In this document: one piece after another, positions 19,136 through 28,873 of the stretch
Layout of the letters: each line of letters starts with the position of its first letter
Numbering within the stretch: position 1 is the first letter of the stretch
From: Candidatus Fervidifonticultor quintus
Lineage (GTDB): Bacteria > Sysuimicrobiota > Sysuimicrobiia > Sysuimicrobiales > Humicultoraceae
Assembly: GCA_031459535.1 (NCBI GenBank)
Contig: JAVKIJ010000001.1
Location: 32,001-96,000, forward strand
Length of the DNA: 64,000 bases
Direction of reading: 5' to 3'
Made by a program: the position numbers and the translations under genes
The notes under the pieces: model-generated
What the model was told of the DNA's origin: nothing
The model's database searches: none
Seen by the model: the letters and a program-made list of their open reading frames with translations, nothing else

Positions 19136-21079
19136 ATGCGTGAGCTGGCCTGGCTGATCCCGGTCTTCCCCTTCGTCGCCTTCTGGCTCATCGTCGCCCT
19201 GGGCCGGCGCGCACCCGGTGAGGGCGCCTACGTGGCCATGGCCGGCATCGGTCTGTCGGCGTTGCTCTCGCTGGGCATCTTGGGCGAGATGCTCTCCGGC
19301 GCCGCGCCGTACGAGGCGAACCTTCGGTGGATGCCGTTTGGCGCCACGCCGCTCGATCTCGGCATTCGCGTGGACAACCTGACCACCCTGATGCTGCTGG
19401 TAGTGACAGTGGTCGGGTCCATGATCTTCATCTACTCCATCGGATACATGCACGGTGATCCGCGCTACCCGCGGTTCTTCGCCTACATGTCCCTGTTCGC
19501 CGCCTCGATGCTGCTGCTGGTGCTGGCGAACAACCTGGTCTTTCTGTACGTGGGCTGGGAACTGGTGGGGCTGTGCTCGTACCTGCTGATCGGCTTCTAC
19601 TTCGAACGGCCGTCCGCGGCCCGGGCGTCGATGAAAGCCTTCGTCACCACCCGGGTCGGCGATTTCTTCATGTTCCTGGGCATCTTGCTCGTCTTCCTCA
19701 CCGTCGGCACCTTCCGGTTCGAGGAGATCTTCGCCAGCGTGCGCCAGGGTGCCCTGGACGCCCGGACGGTGGGCGGGTTGCCGCTGGTCACCGTGGCCGC
19801 CGTGCTGCTGTTTGGAGGCGCCGTGGGGAAGTCGGCCCAGCTCCCTCTGCACACGTGGCTGCCCGACGCGATGGAAGGCCCGACCCCGGTCTCGGCCCTG
19901 ATCCATGCCGCAACCATGGTCGCGGCCGGCGTCTACATGGTGGCCCGGCTGTATACGCTCTTCTTTCAGTCGGCGGGGCACGCGGCACTGACCGTGGTAG
20001 CGTGGATCGGCGGCGCCACGGCGCTTATGGCCGCCACCATTGCGGTGACCCAGGACGATATCAAGCGGGTGCTGGCCTACTCCACCATTAGCCAGCTGGG
20101 CCTGATGATGCTGGGCCTGGGCGTCCTGGGCTACACCGCGGGGATGTTCCACCTGATGACGCACGCCTTCTTCAAGGCCCTCCTCTTCCTGGGCGCTGGC
20201 AGCGTCATCCATGCCATGCACACCAACGACATCAAGGAGATGGGCGGCCTGGGCAAGGTCATGCCGTCCACCTACTGGACGTTTCTGATCGGGACCCTGG
20301 CCCTCTCTGGCGTGCCGCCGTTCGCCGGCTTCTGGAGCAAGGACGAGATCCTGCTGGAAGCGTACCACCACAATCCGGCGCTGTTTGCCCTGGGAGCGCT
20401 CACGTCGCTGCTGACCGCGTTCTACATGTTTCGGGTGATCTTCTACACATTTAGCGGCACGTTGCGCAGCCACCACGCGCACCCCCACGAGAGCCCGCCA
20501 GTGATGACGCGGCCGCTGTGGGTGTTGGCCATTTTCTCGGCGCTGGTGGGCCTGGTGGGCGCGCCATTCCTCGGAGCTCCGGTCGGCCACTTCATCACAT
20601 TTGAGGGCATCGAGCACATCCCGTTCAGCGTGCAGATGGCTCTGGCCTCCACGGCGATTGCCGGGGTCGGCATCCTGGCCGCAGCGGCCGTGTACTACTG
20701 GAAGATCGTGCCGTCCTCGGCGCTGCGGCAGGCGGCGGGGCCGCTGTTCACCCTGGTGTCGAACAAGTACTACGTGGACGAACTCTACGGCGCGGTCTTT
20801 GTGCGCCCGACGGTGGCCGTGGCGGGATTCCTGCGCAACTTCGACGTCTACGTGGTGGACCTGATCGTCAACCTGTTTGGGTTCGTGGGCGTGGGGCTGG
20901 CCCGCCTGTACCGCGCCTTCGACCTCTATGTGGTGGACGGCGTGGTGAATCTCGTGGGCTGGATGGCGAAGGCGGCGGGCGGGACGCTGCGCTACGTACA
21001 GACGGGTCGCGCGCAGAACTACCTGCTGGTCATTGCCCTGGGCGTGATCGTGCTGCTGGCGGCCGGCCTGTTCCGCTAG
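19136..21079 (+). CDS. nuoL: NADH-quinone oxidoreductase subunit L
   Basis: GWELVGLCSYLLIGF, GKSAQLPLHTWLPDAMEGPTPVSALIHAATMV, THAFFKALLF. Confidence 0.96.
   Translation: MRELAWLIPVFPFVAFWLIVALGRRAPGEGAYVAMAGIGLSALLSLGILGEMLSGAAPYEANLRWMPFGATPLDLGIRVDNLTTLMLLVVTVVGSMIFIYSIGYMHGDPRYPRFFAYMSLFAASMLLLVLANNLVFLYVGWELVGLCSYLLIGFYFERPSAARASMKAFVTTRVGDFFMFLGILLVFLTVGTFRFEEIFASVRQGALDARTVGGLPLVTVAAVLLFGGAVGKSAQLPLHTWLPDAMEGPTPVSALIHAATMVAAGVYMVARLYTLFFQSAGHAALTVVAWIGGATALMAATIAVTQDDIKRVLAYSTISQLGLMMLGLGVLGYTAGMFHLMTHAFFKALLFLGAGSVIHAMHTNDIKEMGGLGKVMPSTYWTFLIGTLALSGVPPFAGFWSKDEILLEAYHHNPALFALGALTSLLTAFYMFRVIFYTFSGTLRSHHAHPHESPPVMTRPLWVLAIFSALVGLVGAPFLGAPVGHFITFEGIEHIPFSVQMALASTAIAGVGILAAAAVYYWKIVPSSALRQAAGPLFTLVSNKYYVDELYGAVFVRPTVAVAGFLRNFDVYVVDLIVNLFGFVGVGLARLYRAFDLYVVDGVVNLVGWMAKAAGGTLRYVQTGRAQNYLLVIALGVIVLLAAGLFR
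20834..20989 (+). repeat. Imperfect 78-bp (26-aa) tandem duplication in the NuoL lateral helix
   Basis: ttcgacgtctacgtggtggac at 20840 and ttcgacctctatgtggtggac at 20918; FDVYVVDLIVNL vs FDLYVVDGVVNL. Confidence 0.85.
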
Positions 21080-21105
21080 CGGGGGGCAGAGGAGGACACC
21101 ACGGC

Positions 21106-22614
21106 ATGGATCGGTACCTGCTGACCATCACCACCTTCCTGCCGCTGCTCGGCGGAGTCATCATTCTGTTGATTCCCAAGGATCAGGAGCGCCAGATGCG
21201 CGAGGTGGCCCTGACCACCTCGGTGCTGACGTTCTTGCTCTCGCTGTTGCTGCTCGGGCCGTTCGAGATCGGGAAGACCGGGATGCAGCTGGTGGAGCGT
21301 TACGCCTGGATCCCCACCATCGGCATCAACTACCACCTGGGCGTGGATGGACTCAGCCTGCCGCTGGTCATCCTGACCACGCTGCTCAGCGTGGTTTCCA
21401 TCGTGTACTCGTGGCGGATCGACGTACGGCTGCGGGAGTACCTGTTCCTCTTCCTCCTGCTGGAAACGGGCATGCTGGGCGTGTTCGTGGCCCTGGACTT
21501 CTTTCTCTTCTATGTCTTCTGGGAGATCACGCTGGTCCCGATGTACTTTCTGATCGGCATCTGGGGCGGGCCACGCAAGGAGTACGCTGCCATCAAGTTC
21601 TTCCTCTACACATTGATCGGGTCCCTGGCTATGCTGCTGGCGATCCTGCTCCTCTACTTCAACGCCTCGCCGCGCACGTTCGGCATCCTGGACCTAATCC
21701 AGCAGCAGCCGCTGGCCCGCGCGCCTTTGCTGGCCGCGCTGGCATTCTGGGGATTCTTCCTGTCGTTCGCCATCAAGGTGCCCATGTGGCCCTTCCACAC
21801 CTGGCTGCCCGACGCCCATGTGGAGGCGCCGACGGCCGGCAGCGTGATCCTGGCCGGCATCCTGCTGAAGCTGGGCACCTACGGTTTCGTGCGGGTCAGC
21901 TTGCCGATGTTCCCCGAGACGTTCAAGCAGTACGCGTTCTTCATCGCGATCCTGGCCCTGCTGGGGATCACCTACGGCGCGCTGGTCGCCATGGCGCAGT
22001 CCGACCTGAAGAAGCTCGTGGCGTACTCCAGCGTCAACCACATGGGCTACGTGATGCTGGGCGTGTCCGCGGCTGCCGGCGCCGTGGGCGTGGCCGAGAA
22101 GGCCGCAGCCGCCACGGTGGCGCTCAACGGCGCCGTCTTCGAGATGGTGGCCCACGGGATCATCACCGGCGCCCTGTTCCTGATCGTGGGCGTGATCTAT
22201 GACTACCGGGCCCACGTGCGGGGGGTGAACGACTTCGGCGGATTGGGCGCCATCCTGCCCAAGTACACCGGCATCACCACCATGGCCATGCTGGCGTCGC
22301 TGGGCCTGCCGGGGCTGATGGGATTCGTGGCAGAGTTCTTGGTCTTCGTGGGGTCGTTCGGCGTCTTCCCTGAGCTCACCGTGATCGCCGTGACGGGTGT
22401 GATCTTCACCGCCGCCATGTTCCTCTGGACCATCCAGCGGATCTTCCTGGGGCCGAAGAACCCCAGGTGGGAGACCCTGCCCGACCTGGACAGACGCGAA
22501 GCCTGGTCGCTGATGCCCCTGGCCGCGCTCATGCTCATCTTCGGGATCTACCCGAAGCCGCTGCTGGACATCATCAACACCGCCATGACCGGCCTGGTCG
22601 CCGCGCTGAAGTAG
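21106..22614 (+). CDS. nuoM: NADH-quinone oxidoreductase subunit M
   Basis: FYVFWE, KVPMWPFHTWLPDAHVEAPTAGS, LVAYSSVNHMG. Confidence 0.96.
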   Translation: MDRYLLTITTFLPLLGGVIILLIPKDQERQMREVALTTSVLTFLLSLLLLGPFEIGKTGMQLVERYAWIPTIGINYHLGVDGLSLPLVILTTLLSVVSIVYSWRIDVRLREYLFLFLLLETGMLGVFVALDFFLFYVFWEITLVPMYFLIGIWGGPRKEYAAIKFFLYTLIGSLAMLLAILLLYFNASPRTFGILDLIQQQPLARAPLLAALAFWGFFLSFAIKVPMWPFHTWLPDAHVEAPTAGSVILAGILLKLGTYGFVRVSLPMFPETFKQYAFFIAILALLGITYGALVAMAQSDLKKLVAYSSVNHMGYVMLGVSAAAGAVGVAEKAAAATVALNGAVFEMVAHGIITGALFLIVGVIYDYRAHVRGVNDFGGLGAILPKYTGITTMAMLASLGLPGLMGFVAEFLVFVGSFGVFPELTVIAVTGVIFTAAMFLWTIQRIFLGPKNPRWETLPDLDRREAWSLMPLAALMLIFGIYPKPLLDIINTAMTGLVAALK

Positions 22615-22623
22615 GGACCGCCG

Positions 22624-24066
22624 ATGCCGCTGCCGCCTGAGGATTTCTGGTCTATCGTCCCGGAACTGTGGCTGGCCGGGCTGGGGCTGGCCCTGCTCCT
22701 CCTCGATCTGGTCCTGCCAGCCGAGCGGAAGACGGCCGTGGGCTGGGCCGCAGTGGTCGGGCTGGCGTTGAGCCTGATCCCGATCTTCGGGATGCTGCAG
22801 ACGACGCCGCGGACGGTCTTCTTCAACACCTACGCAGTGGACGGGTTCGCCGTCTTCTTCAAGCTGATCGCGGTCGCCTCCACGATCCTGGTGATCCTCT
22901 CGGCGATGGACGTGGTGCGCGGGAGGACACAGTTCGAGGGCGAGCTGTACATCCTGCTCACGTTCACGGCTCTGGCACTGTGCCTGATGGCCGGCAGTGC
23001 CGACTTGATCCTGCTGGCCCTGTCCATCGAGTTCGTCAGCCTCTGCTCGTACGTCATGGCCGGGTACTTCAAGGCCGACCCCAAGAGCAACGAGGCCGGT
23101 ATCAAGTACTTCCTGTTCGGCGCCAGCGCATCGGCGGTGATGATCTACGGATTCTCGATCCTCTACGGGCTGACGGGCCAGACGAGTCTGTACGCCATTG
23201 CCGACGCGGTGCGGACCGCGCCCCAGCCGGCGTTGATCGCAGCGCTGGCGCTGGCGCTGGCGGGCTTCGGGTTCAAGATCTCGATGGTGCCCTTCCACCA
23301 GTGGACGCCGGACGTCTACGAGGGCGCCCCCACGCCGGTGGCGGCCTACCTGTCGGTGGCGTCCAAGGCGGCGGGCTTCGCGGCGCTGGTGCGGCTGCTG
23401 GTGGTCGCCGTGGCGCCCAGCGCCCTGGACTGGGTGACGCTGGTCGCCGGTCTGTCGGCGCTCACCATGACCGTCGGCAACCTGCTGGCGCTGCCCCAGC
23501 GCAACATCAAGCGCATGCTGGCGTACTCCAGCATCTCGCATGCCGGGTTCCTGTTGATGGGCGTGGCCGCCTACCGGGGCGACTTCGGTGCGCCGGGGTT
23601 GCTCATCTACATCCTGGCGTATACCTTCACGAACCTGGGCGCGTTCTTCGTAGCCGTGGTCGTGGGCCAGCGTCTGGCCTCCGACGAGATCCCGGACTAC
23701 GCCGGGCTGGCCCAGCGGGCGCCTGGGCTGGCGCTCCTGATGGCGCTGTTCATGCTCTCGCTCACCGGTATTCCGCCCACCGCAGGGTTTTTCGGCAAGT
23801 TCTACGTCTTCGGGGCCGCGGTCAGCAATCAGTTGTTGTGGCTGGCCCTCGTCGGGGTCACGAACAGCGTGGTGGCTCTGTACTACTATGTAGGCGTCAT
23901 CCGGGTGATGTACCTGCTGCCGGCGCCCTCACCTGAGGGCGTGCGCGAACCAGCAGCCCTGCGCCTGGCCCTGGGTATCGCCGCGCTGGGCGTGCTGGTC
24001 ATGGGCCTCTTCCCTCAGCCGTTCATCGGTCTGGTCACCGCTGCGGCGCTGCTGCTACGGCTGTAG
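22624..24066 (+). CDS. nuoN: NADH-quinone oxidoreductase subunit N
   Basis: EAGIKYF, FKISMVPFHQWTPDVYEGAPTP, KRMLAYSSISHAG. Confidence 0.96.
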   Translation: MPLPPEDFWSIVPELWLAGLGLALLLLDLVLPAERKTAVGWAAVVGLALSLIPIFGMLQTTPRTVFFNTYAVDGFAVFFKLIAVASTILVILSAMDVVRGRTQFEGELYILLTFTALALCLMAGSADLILLALSIEFVSLCSYVMAGYFKADPKSNEAGIKYFLFGASASAVMIYGFSILYGLTGQTSLYAIADAVRTAPQPALIAALALALAGFGFKISMVPFHQWTPDVYEGAPTPVAAYLSVASKAAGFAALVRLLVVAVAPSALDWVTLVAGLSALTMTVGNLLALPQRNIKRMLAYSSISHAGFLLMGVAAYRGDFGAPGLLIYILAYTFTNLGAFFVAVVVGQRLASDEIPDYAGLAQRAPGLALLMALFMLSLTGIPPTAGFFGKFYVFGAAVSNQLLWLALVGVTNSVVALYYYVGVIRVMYLLPAPSPEGVREPAALRLALGIAALGVLVMGLFPQPFIGLVTAAALLLRL

Positions 24067-24142
24067 CGCCCCGCACCGGAGGACGCTTCGCGTCGCCAGC
24101 ATGGGATCGCGCAAACCCGCGTCGGTGCTGCTTTTCGGTGCC

Positions 24143-24171
24143 TTGACGTGGGGTAGGGGCTCTGCTATCTT
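24143..24171 (+). promoter_or_regulatory. Sigma70-type promoter of the V/A-ATPase operon
   Basis: TTGACG-17 bp-TATCTT with TG extension. Confidence 0.6.
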
Positions 24172-24240
24172 CACGATGTGTGCCCCCAGGGCCCACGTCC
24201 TGGGGGTTTCGTGTGACGAATTCCCGAGGGGCTCAAACGC

Positions 24241-24594
24241 ATGGAGGCGGAGAAGGCAGCGCACGGGAGTGGCCACCACGCCAACGACAACCTCCTTCAG
24301 ATCATCGCCGCAAAGGAAAAGGAACTCGAGATGCAGCTCGCCGCCGCCCGGGCCGAAGCCGCCGCTCTCGTCGCCGCGGCCCGCGCCGAGGCCGAGCGGA
24401 TCGCGCGGGAGGGCCAGGAGCAGGCGACCCGTCTGATCCGCGAGTACCAAGAGCGCATCAGCGCCGCCACCGCCCGGATCCAGCGTGAGGCCGAGGCCAG
24501 AGCGGCCACCGAGGTGGAGGCCCTCCGCCGGCAGGCTACGGCGCGGGCCCAGGCGGCCGTGCGGACCGTCGTCGAGCGGGTCATCAAAGGTTGA
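24241..24594 (+). CDS. V/A-type ATPase peripheral stalk subunit G/H
   Basis: Ala/Glu/Arg-rich coiled coil; first gene of the operon, as in the Thermus order G-I-L-E-C-F-A-B-D. Confidence 0.8.
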   Translation: MEAEKAAHGSGHHANDNLLQIIAAKEKELEMQLAAARAEAAALVAAARAEAERIAREGQEQATRLIREYQERISAATARIQREAEARAATEVEALRRQATARAQAAVRTVVERVIKG

Positions 24595-24598
24595 TCCC

Positions 24599-26566
24599 AT
24601 GATTGTAGCCATGTCCCGGGTGCTGGTCGTCGGCCCCAAGCGGCTGCTCGGTGATGTCCTGCGGGAAGTACAGCGCGTGGGCGCCGTCCACGTGGAGCAC
24701 CTGGAGACAGCCAGCGAGGGCATTGGGGCGCTCAAGCTCGACGAACGGGCGGCGGCCGAGCAGGGCCGGTTGGAGGCCATGCGCACGCGCATCGACGGCC
24801 TGCTGGGGTTGCTCCCTCACGTGTCCGGGCCCGACCTGCGGCAGCGGCCCGGATCCGACAGCCCTTCCGGCGACAGCCTCGAGGACCTCGAAGCCGGCAT
24901 CTCGGCCGTCGAGGCCGAAGTCCACGAGCTGAGCCGCCGTCGTCTCGAGGCCGAAGACGAGCTTGAACTCATCCACACCTATGAAGGTGCCGTCCGGGCC
25001 CTCTCTCCGCTGCTCGATGCGCTGGCCGGCAGCAGGGCGCTGGAGACCATCGGCTTCATTCTTCGCGGCAAGGACCTCACGGTGGTCACCGCCATCCGCA
25101 ATCAGCTCCGCGAGCTCACCGAGGGGCGCGTCGAGGTCGTGAGCCGGACCATCGAGGAGGGCAAGATCGGCGTCGTCGTGGCGTTCCTGCGGCGTGACGG
25201 CGAGACCGTGCGGGGGTTCCTGACGCGTGCCGGTGTGGCCGAGCTCCGCCTGCCAGCACGCTACGCCGAGTACGGGCCGGCGGAGGCCGTCCGGCTCATG
25301 GCCCAGCGCCGCGCCGCGCTCCCCGGGGAACTGTCGAGTATCGCGTCTGCGCTGGCCGACGCCGCTCGCCGGCACCGCCCCTGGTTGACGGCGGTGCGCG
25401 GCAGGATCGCCGACCACCTGGCCCGGCTGCACGTGGCGTCGCAGTTGGGCGCCTCGCGGTACGTCTTCATCCTGCACGGCTGGGCTCCCGCGGCCAAGGT
25501 GCCCGGGTTGCGTGAGGCGCTCCGTCGCCGGTTCGGCCAGGAAGTCGTCATCGAGGACGCCCCGGTCGATCCCCACCGCACGAGAGAGGTGCCGGTGCTG
25601 CTGGACAACCCGCCCCTCCTGCGGCCCTTCCAGCGCCTGCTGGGCCTGTTCAAGCCGCCCCGGTACGGTACCCTGGATCCGACGCTCTACCTGGCAATCT
25701 TCTTTCCCATTTTCGTCGGCGTCGTGATCGGGGACGTGGCCTACGGCGCCCTGCTCTTCGTGTTTGGCTGGTGGCTGCGCAACAAGGGCCGCCGAGGCGA
25801 GACCTGGGACATCGCGCTGGGGCCCATCCGGCTGGGCATGCGCGTAGAGCCCGAGGTCATCGCCGACCTGTCGTGGATCGTCCGGATCATGGCAATCTGG
25901 GCCATGCTCTTCGGTGTGCTCTACCTGGAGGTGTTCGGCAACCTCATCGAGCACCACCTCGGGCTCCACCCCGTCTTCAACCGGGTGGAGCTGGCCACGT
26001 CGTTCTTTCGTCTCACCGTGGCGCTCGGTATCGTTCAGGTGACCCTGGGCAACATCCTGCATCTGATCCTGGCGCTGCGGCACAGGCATGCCGGCGGTGT
26101 CTTCGAGTCCCTGGCGCTCATCTGCGGTGTCGTGGGGCTCCTGGCCGTGCTGGGCGCCATGAGCAACCAGCTCCCGAGGACATTCTTCACACCGGGGGTG
26201 GCGCTCCTGGCCGCGTTTCTGCTGTTCTTCCTCGTCGGGTTTGTCTTCAACCGGTTCGCGCCCATGTGGTTGCTCGAGGCCGTCTCGGGGATGGGCAATG
26301 TGCTCTCCTATGCGCGGTTGTTCGGTGTCGGGCTGGCCGCGGCGGTGCTGGCCAACGTCTCCAACCAGCTCGGGGGGATGATGGGCCCGGTCTGGATCGG
26401 CGTGTTCGTGGGGATCGTCATCCAAATATTCTTCTTCGTCTTCACGTTGCCCGGCCACATCATCCAGCCCGCCCGTCTCAACTGGGTCGAATTTCTCACC
26501 AAGGTGAAGTACCACGACGAGACCGGCAACTCATACCGCCCGCTGAAGACCACAGGAGGTGACTAG
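24599..26566 (+). CDS. atpI: V/A-type ATPase subunit I (a)
   Basis: Soluble N-domain plus TM C-domain; GDVAYG, NVLSYARLFGVGLA, PARLNWVEF. Confidence 0.94.
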   Translation: MIVAMSRVLVVGPKRLLGDVLREVQRVGAVHVEHLETASEGIGALKLDERAAAEQGRLEAMRTRIDGLLGLLPHVSGPDLRQRPGSDSPSGDSLEDLEAGISAVEAEVHELSRRRLEAEDELELIHTYEGAVRALSPLLDALAGSRALETIGFILRGKDLTVVTAIRNQLRELTEGRVEVVSRTIEEGKIGVVVAFLRRDGETVRGFLTRAGVAELRLPARYAEYGPAEAVRLMAQRRAALPGELSSIASALADAARRHRPWLTAVRGRIADHLARLHVASQLGASRYVFILHGWAPAAKVPGLREALRRRFGQEVVIEDAPVDPHRTREVPVLLDNPPLLRPFQRLLGLFKPPRYGTLDPTLYLAIFFPIFVGVVIGDVAYGALLFVFGWWLRNKGRRGETWDIALGPIRLGMRVEPEVIADLSWIVRIMAIWAMLFGVLYLEVFGNLIEHHLGLHPVFNRVELATSFFRLTVALGIVQVTLGNILHLILALRHRHAGGVFESLALICGVVGLLAVLGAMSNQLPRTFFTPGVALLAAFLLFFLVGFVFNRFAPMWLLEAVSGMGNVLSYARLFGVGLAAAVLANVSNQLGGMMGPVWIGVFVGIVIQIFFFVFTLPGHIIQPARLNWVEFLTKVKYHDETGNSYRPLKTTGGD

Positions 26567-26567
26567 G

Positions 26568-26894
26568 TTGAAGAAGACTCTGTTCGTATGCGCCGCCCTG
26601 GCGGCAGTCCTGCTGTTCGGCACGACGGGCGTCCTGGCAGCCGAGGCACCGCCCGCCGAAGCCGCGAAGGGCCTGACGCTGGCTCACGGTCTGCTGGCTC
26701 TGGCCGCGGCGCTGGCGGTGGCCTTCGGCGCTGCCGGCACCGCGTGGGCGCAGTCCCGGATCGGTTCGGCTGCGGCTGGCGCGATGGCCGAGCGCCCGGA
26801 GATCGGCGGGCAGATGCTGATCTTCCTGGTGCTGCCCGAGACGATGATCATCCTCGGCTTCGTGATCGCGTTCTTCATCCTCGGCAAGATTTAG
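26568..26894 (+). CDS. atpK: V/A-type ATPase proteolipid subunit K/L (c) with signal-like N-terminus
   Basis: AQSRIGSAAAGAMAERPE..LVLPETMIILGF; SD AGGAGGT before TTG 26568. Confidence 0.92.
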   Translation: MKKTLFVCAALAAVLLFGTTGVLAAEAPPAEAAKGLTLAHGLLALAAALAVAFGAAGTAWAQSRIGSAAAGAMAERPEIGGQMLIFLVLPETMIILGFVIAFFILGKI

Positions 26895-26904
26895 TACGGC
26901 GCCG

Positions 26905-27489
26905 GTGGCCACCAGCTCTGAACTCATCACGCTGCTCGAGCGCGAAGCGGCGGCGGAACGCGAGCAGATCCTCAGCGACGCCAGGGCGCAGGCCGAACGA
27001 ATCCTGGCCGACGCGAGGCGCGAGGCCGAGGCGTACGTGGCCGCCACGCGCGATCGCCTGGCTGGCGAGGAGAAGGCGGCGCTGGTCAAGGCGCATAGCA
27101 CCGCGGCGCTGCGGGCATCCTCCATGGTCCTCCAGGCCAAGGAGCAGGAGATCGCCCGGGTCTTTACCACCGCCGAAGCCGATCTGGCGGCGTTCAACCG
27201 GGATCAGACCCGGTATCCCCAGGCGCTCCTCGCGTTCATAGAGGAGGGCTTGCAGGGGTTCCCGGCGCACGCGGTGGTGACGGTCAACCCCGCCGACCAG
27301 GCAGTGGTCCACGATCTGGTGCGCCTGCGGGGATGGCAGGTGACGGTCCGGGCCGATCCCAGCGTCTGGGGCGGCGCGCGGATCATGTCTCCGGACGGAC
27401 GCTTCATGGTTACCAACACTTTGGCATCCCGCCTCGAGCGTGCCAAGCCGGCGCTGGCTGCAGAAGTGGCGAAGATCCTTTGGGAGTGA
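26905..27489 (+). CDS. atpE: V/A-type ATPase subunit E
   Basis: N-terminal coiled coil; VNPAD..GG..VTNTLASRLERA. Confidence 0.9.
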   Translation: MATSSELITLLEREAAAEREQILSDARAQAERILADARREAEAYVAATRDRLAGEEKAALVKAHSTAALRASSMVLQAKEQEIARVFTTAEADLAAFNRDQTRYPQALLAFIEEGLQGFPAHAVVTVNPADQAVVHDLVRLRGWQVTVRADPSVWGGARIMSPDGRFMVTNTLASRLERAKPALAAEVAKILWE

Positions 27490-27501
27490 CGCTCGAGCTC
27501 C

Positions 27502-28536
27502 ATGCCGGATTTCCCCTACATTAACGCCAGGGTGCGCGCCATGCGCAGTCGCCTGTTGAGCGCGGCTCAGCTGGAGGAACTGCTGGCGACGCCGTCGCTG
27601 GCTGCGTTCCAGCATGCCCTGGCCGCGACCCCCTATGGCGATGATCTCCAGCAGGCTCAAACGCGCTACCAGGGGGTGCGCGCCGTCGACGAGGCCCTGG
27701 CCCGCAATCTCCAGCGCACAACGCGCAAGATCCTGGAGTTTGCCGACGGGCTGCCGCAGGTACTCATCACGGTGCTCCTCCTGCGGTGGGACCTGGCCAA
27801 CCTGCGCGCGGTCGCCCGTGGCAAGCACGCCGGCCGGTCACCGGACGACATCGCCGAGGCGTTGATGCCTGCTGGAACCCTGGGCGAGGCGGTCCTGCGC
27901 GAGATGGTGGCTTCCCCGGACATGAGCGGCATCGTCGGCACCCTGGAGGCGTTGAACCACCCCTTCACCGCGGCCATGGCGGAGGCGCTCGCCGCGTATG
28001 GCGAGGCCCGCGACCTCGCTGCGCTGGAGTTGCGGCTGGATCGCGCGTATGCTGAGGTGGGGCTGGGGCGGACCGCAGGCCTCGGTGCCGATGCTCGGGT
28101 GCTGCGGTGGGTGCTGCAGACCGAGATCGATGTCACGAACATCAAGACGGCGCTGCGGCTGGCGGCCGTCGGGAATCTGGATGAAGAGCGCCGGTTGGCG
28201 CTGTTCATCCCCGGGGGATCGGTGCTCTCGCCAGAGTTGTTCCTGGAACTCTCTGCCCTCGCCACTCAGGCCAGGACCTGGCGGGTGGTGAGGGCAGCAG
28301 GGTTCCCGATCGGTGACACACCTACGGATCTGGTGGCGTTCGAGCGCCGGATCGACCTGGCGCTGACCAGGGCCATGGTCCGTCGCTACACTCACGGTGA
28401 CCCGCTGGGGCTGGACATCGTCATGGGGTATCTGACCATGAAGTCGGTGGAGGTCGCCAACATTCGGTTGATCGCCCGCGCCAAACTCCTTAACTTGCCG
28501 CGGGAGCGAGCCAGAGCGGAGATGGTCCTTGTTTAG
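27502..28536 (+). CDS. atpC: V/A-type ATPase subunit C (d)
   Basis: DFPYINARVRAMRSRLL, WDLANLR, EVANIRLIAR. Confidence 0.9.
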   Translation: MPDFPYINARVRAMRSRLLSAAQLEELLATPSLAAFQHALAATPYGDDLQQAQTRYQGVRAVDEALARNLQRTTRKILEFADGLPQVLITVLLLRWDLANLRAVARGKHAGRSPDDIAEALMPAGTLGEAVLREMVASPDMSGIVGTLEALNHPFTAAMAEALAAYGEARDLAALELRLDRAYAEVGLGRTAGLGADARVLRWVLQTEIDVTNIKTALRLAAVGNLDEERRLALFIPGGSVLSPELFLELSALATQARTWRVVRAAGFPIGDTPTDLVAFERRIDLALTRAMVRRYTHGDPLGLDIVMGYLTMKSVEVANIRLIARAKLLNLPRERARAEMVLV

Positions 28537-28846
28537 GTTTGCGGTGATCACCGACAGCGAGTCCGCCACCGGCTTCCGCCTGGCCGGCGCCGAGGTCCGC
28601 GAAGCGTCCACGCCACAGGAGGCGCTGGAGCACCTGCGCCACTTCATGGCACTGGACTATGGGTTGGTGGCGATCAACGAAGCGCTGCTGGAGGGCACCG
28701 AGGCGGAGCGGGCACGCCTGATGCGCGGTCGCGACCTACCCATCGTCGTGCCATTTCCGGCGCCGCAGGCTCATATTGAGCGTGGCGAGGCCTACATCGC
28801 GCGCCTGGTCAAGGAGCACATCGGGTTCTACGTGAGGCTGCGCTAG
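28529..28846 (+). CDS. atpF: V/A-type ATPase subunit F
   Basis: AVITDSESATGFRLAG..IGF. Confidence 0.9.
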   Translation: MFRFAVITDSESATGFRLAGAEVREASTPQEALEHLRHFMALDYGLVAINEALLEGTEAERARLMRGRDLPIVVPFPAPQAHIERGEAYIARLVKEHIGFYVRLR

Positions 28847-28873
28847 CGGGACGGGTCCATGGGAGGGGCAGTC

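Noticed and set aside
24183-24230. Hairpin CCCCCAGG/CCTGGGGG and TTCGT-GTG-ACGAA dyad in the ATPase leader as a riboswitch or Rex site
   Set aside because: No match to an aptamer I recognise and only a partial match to the Rex consensus
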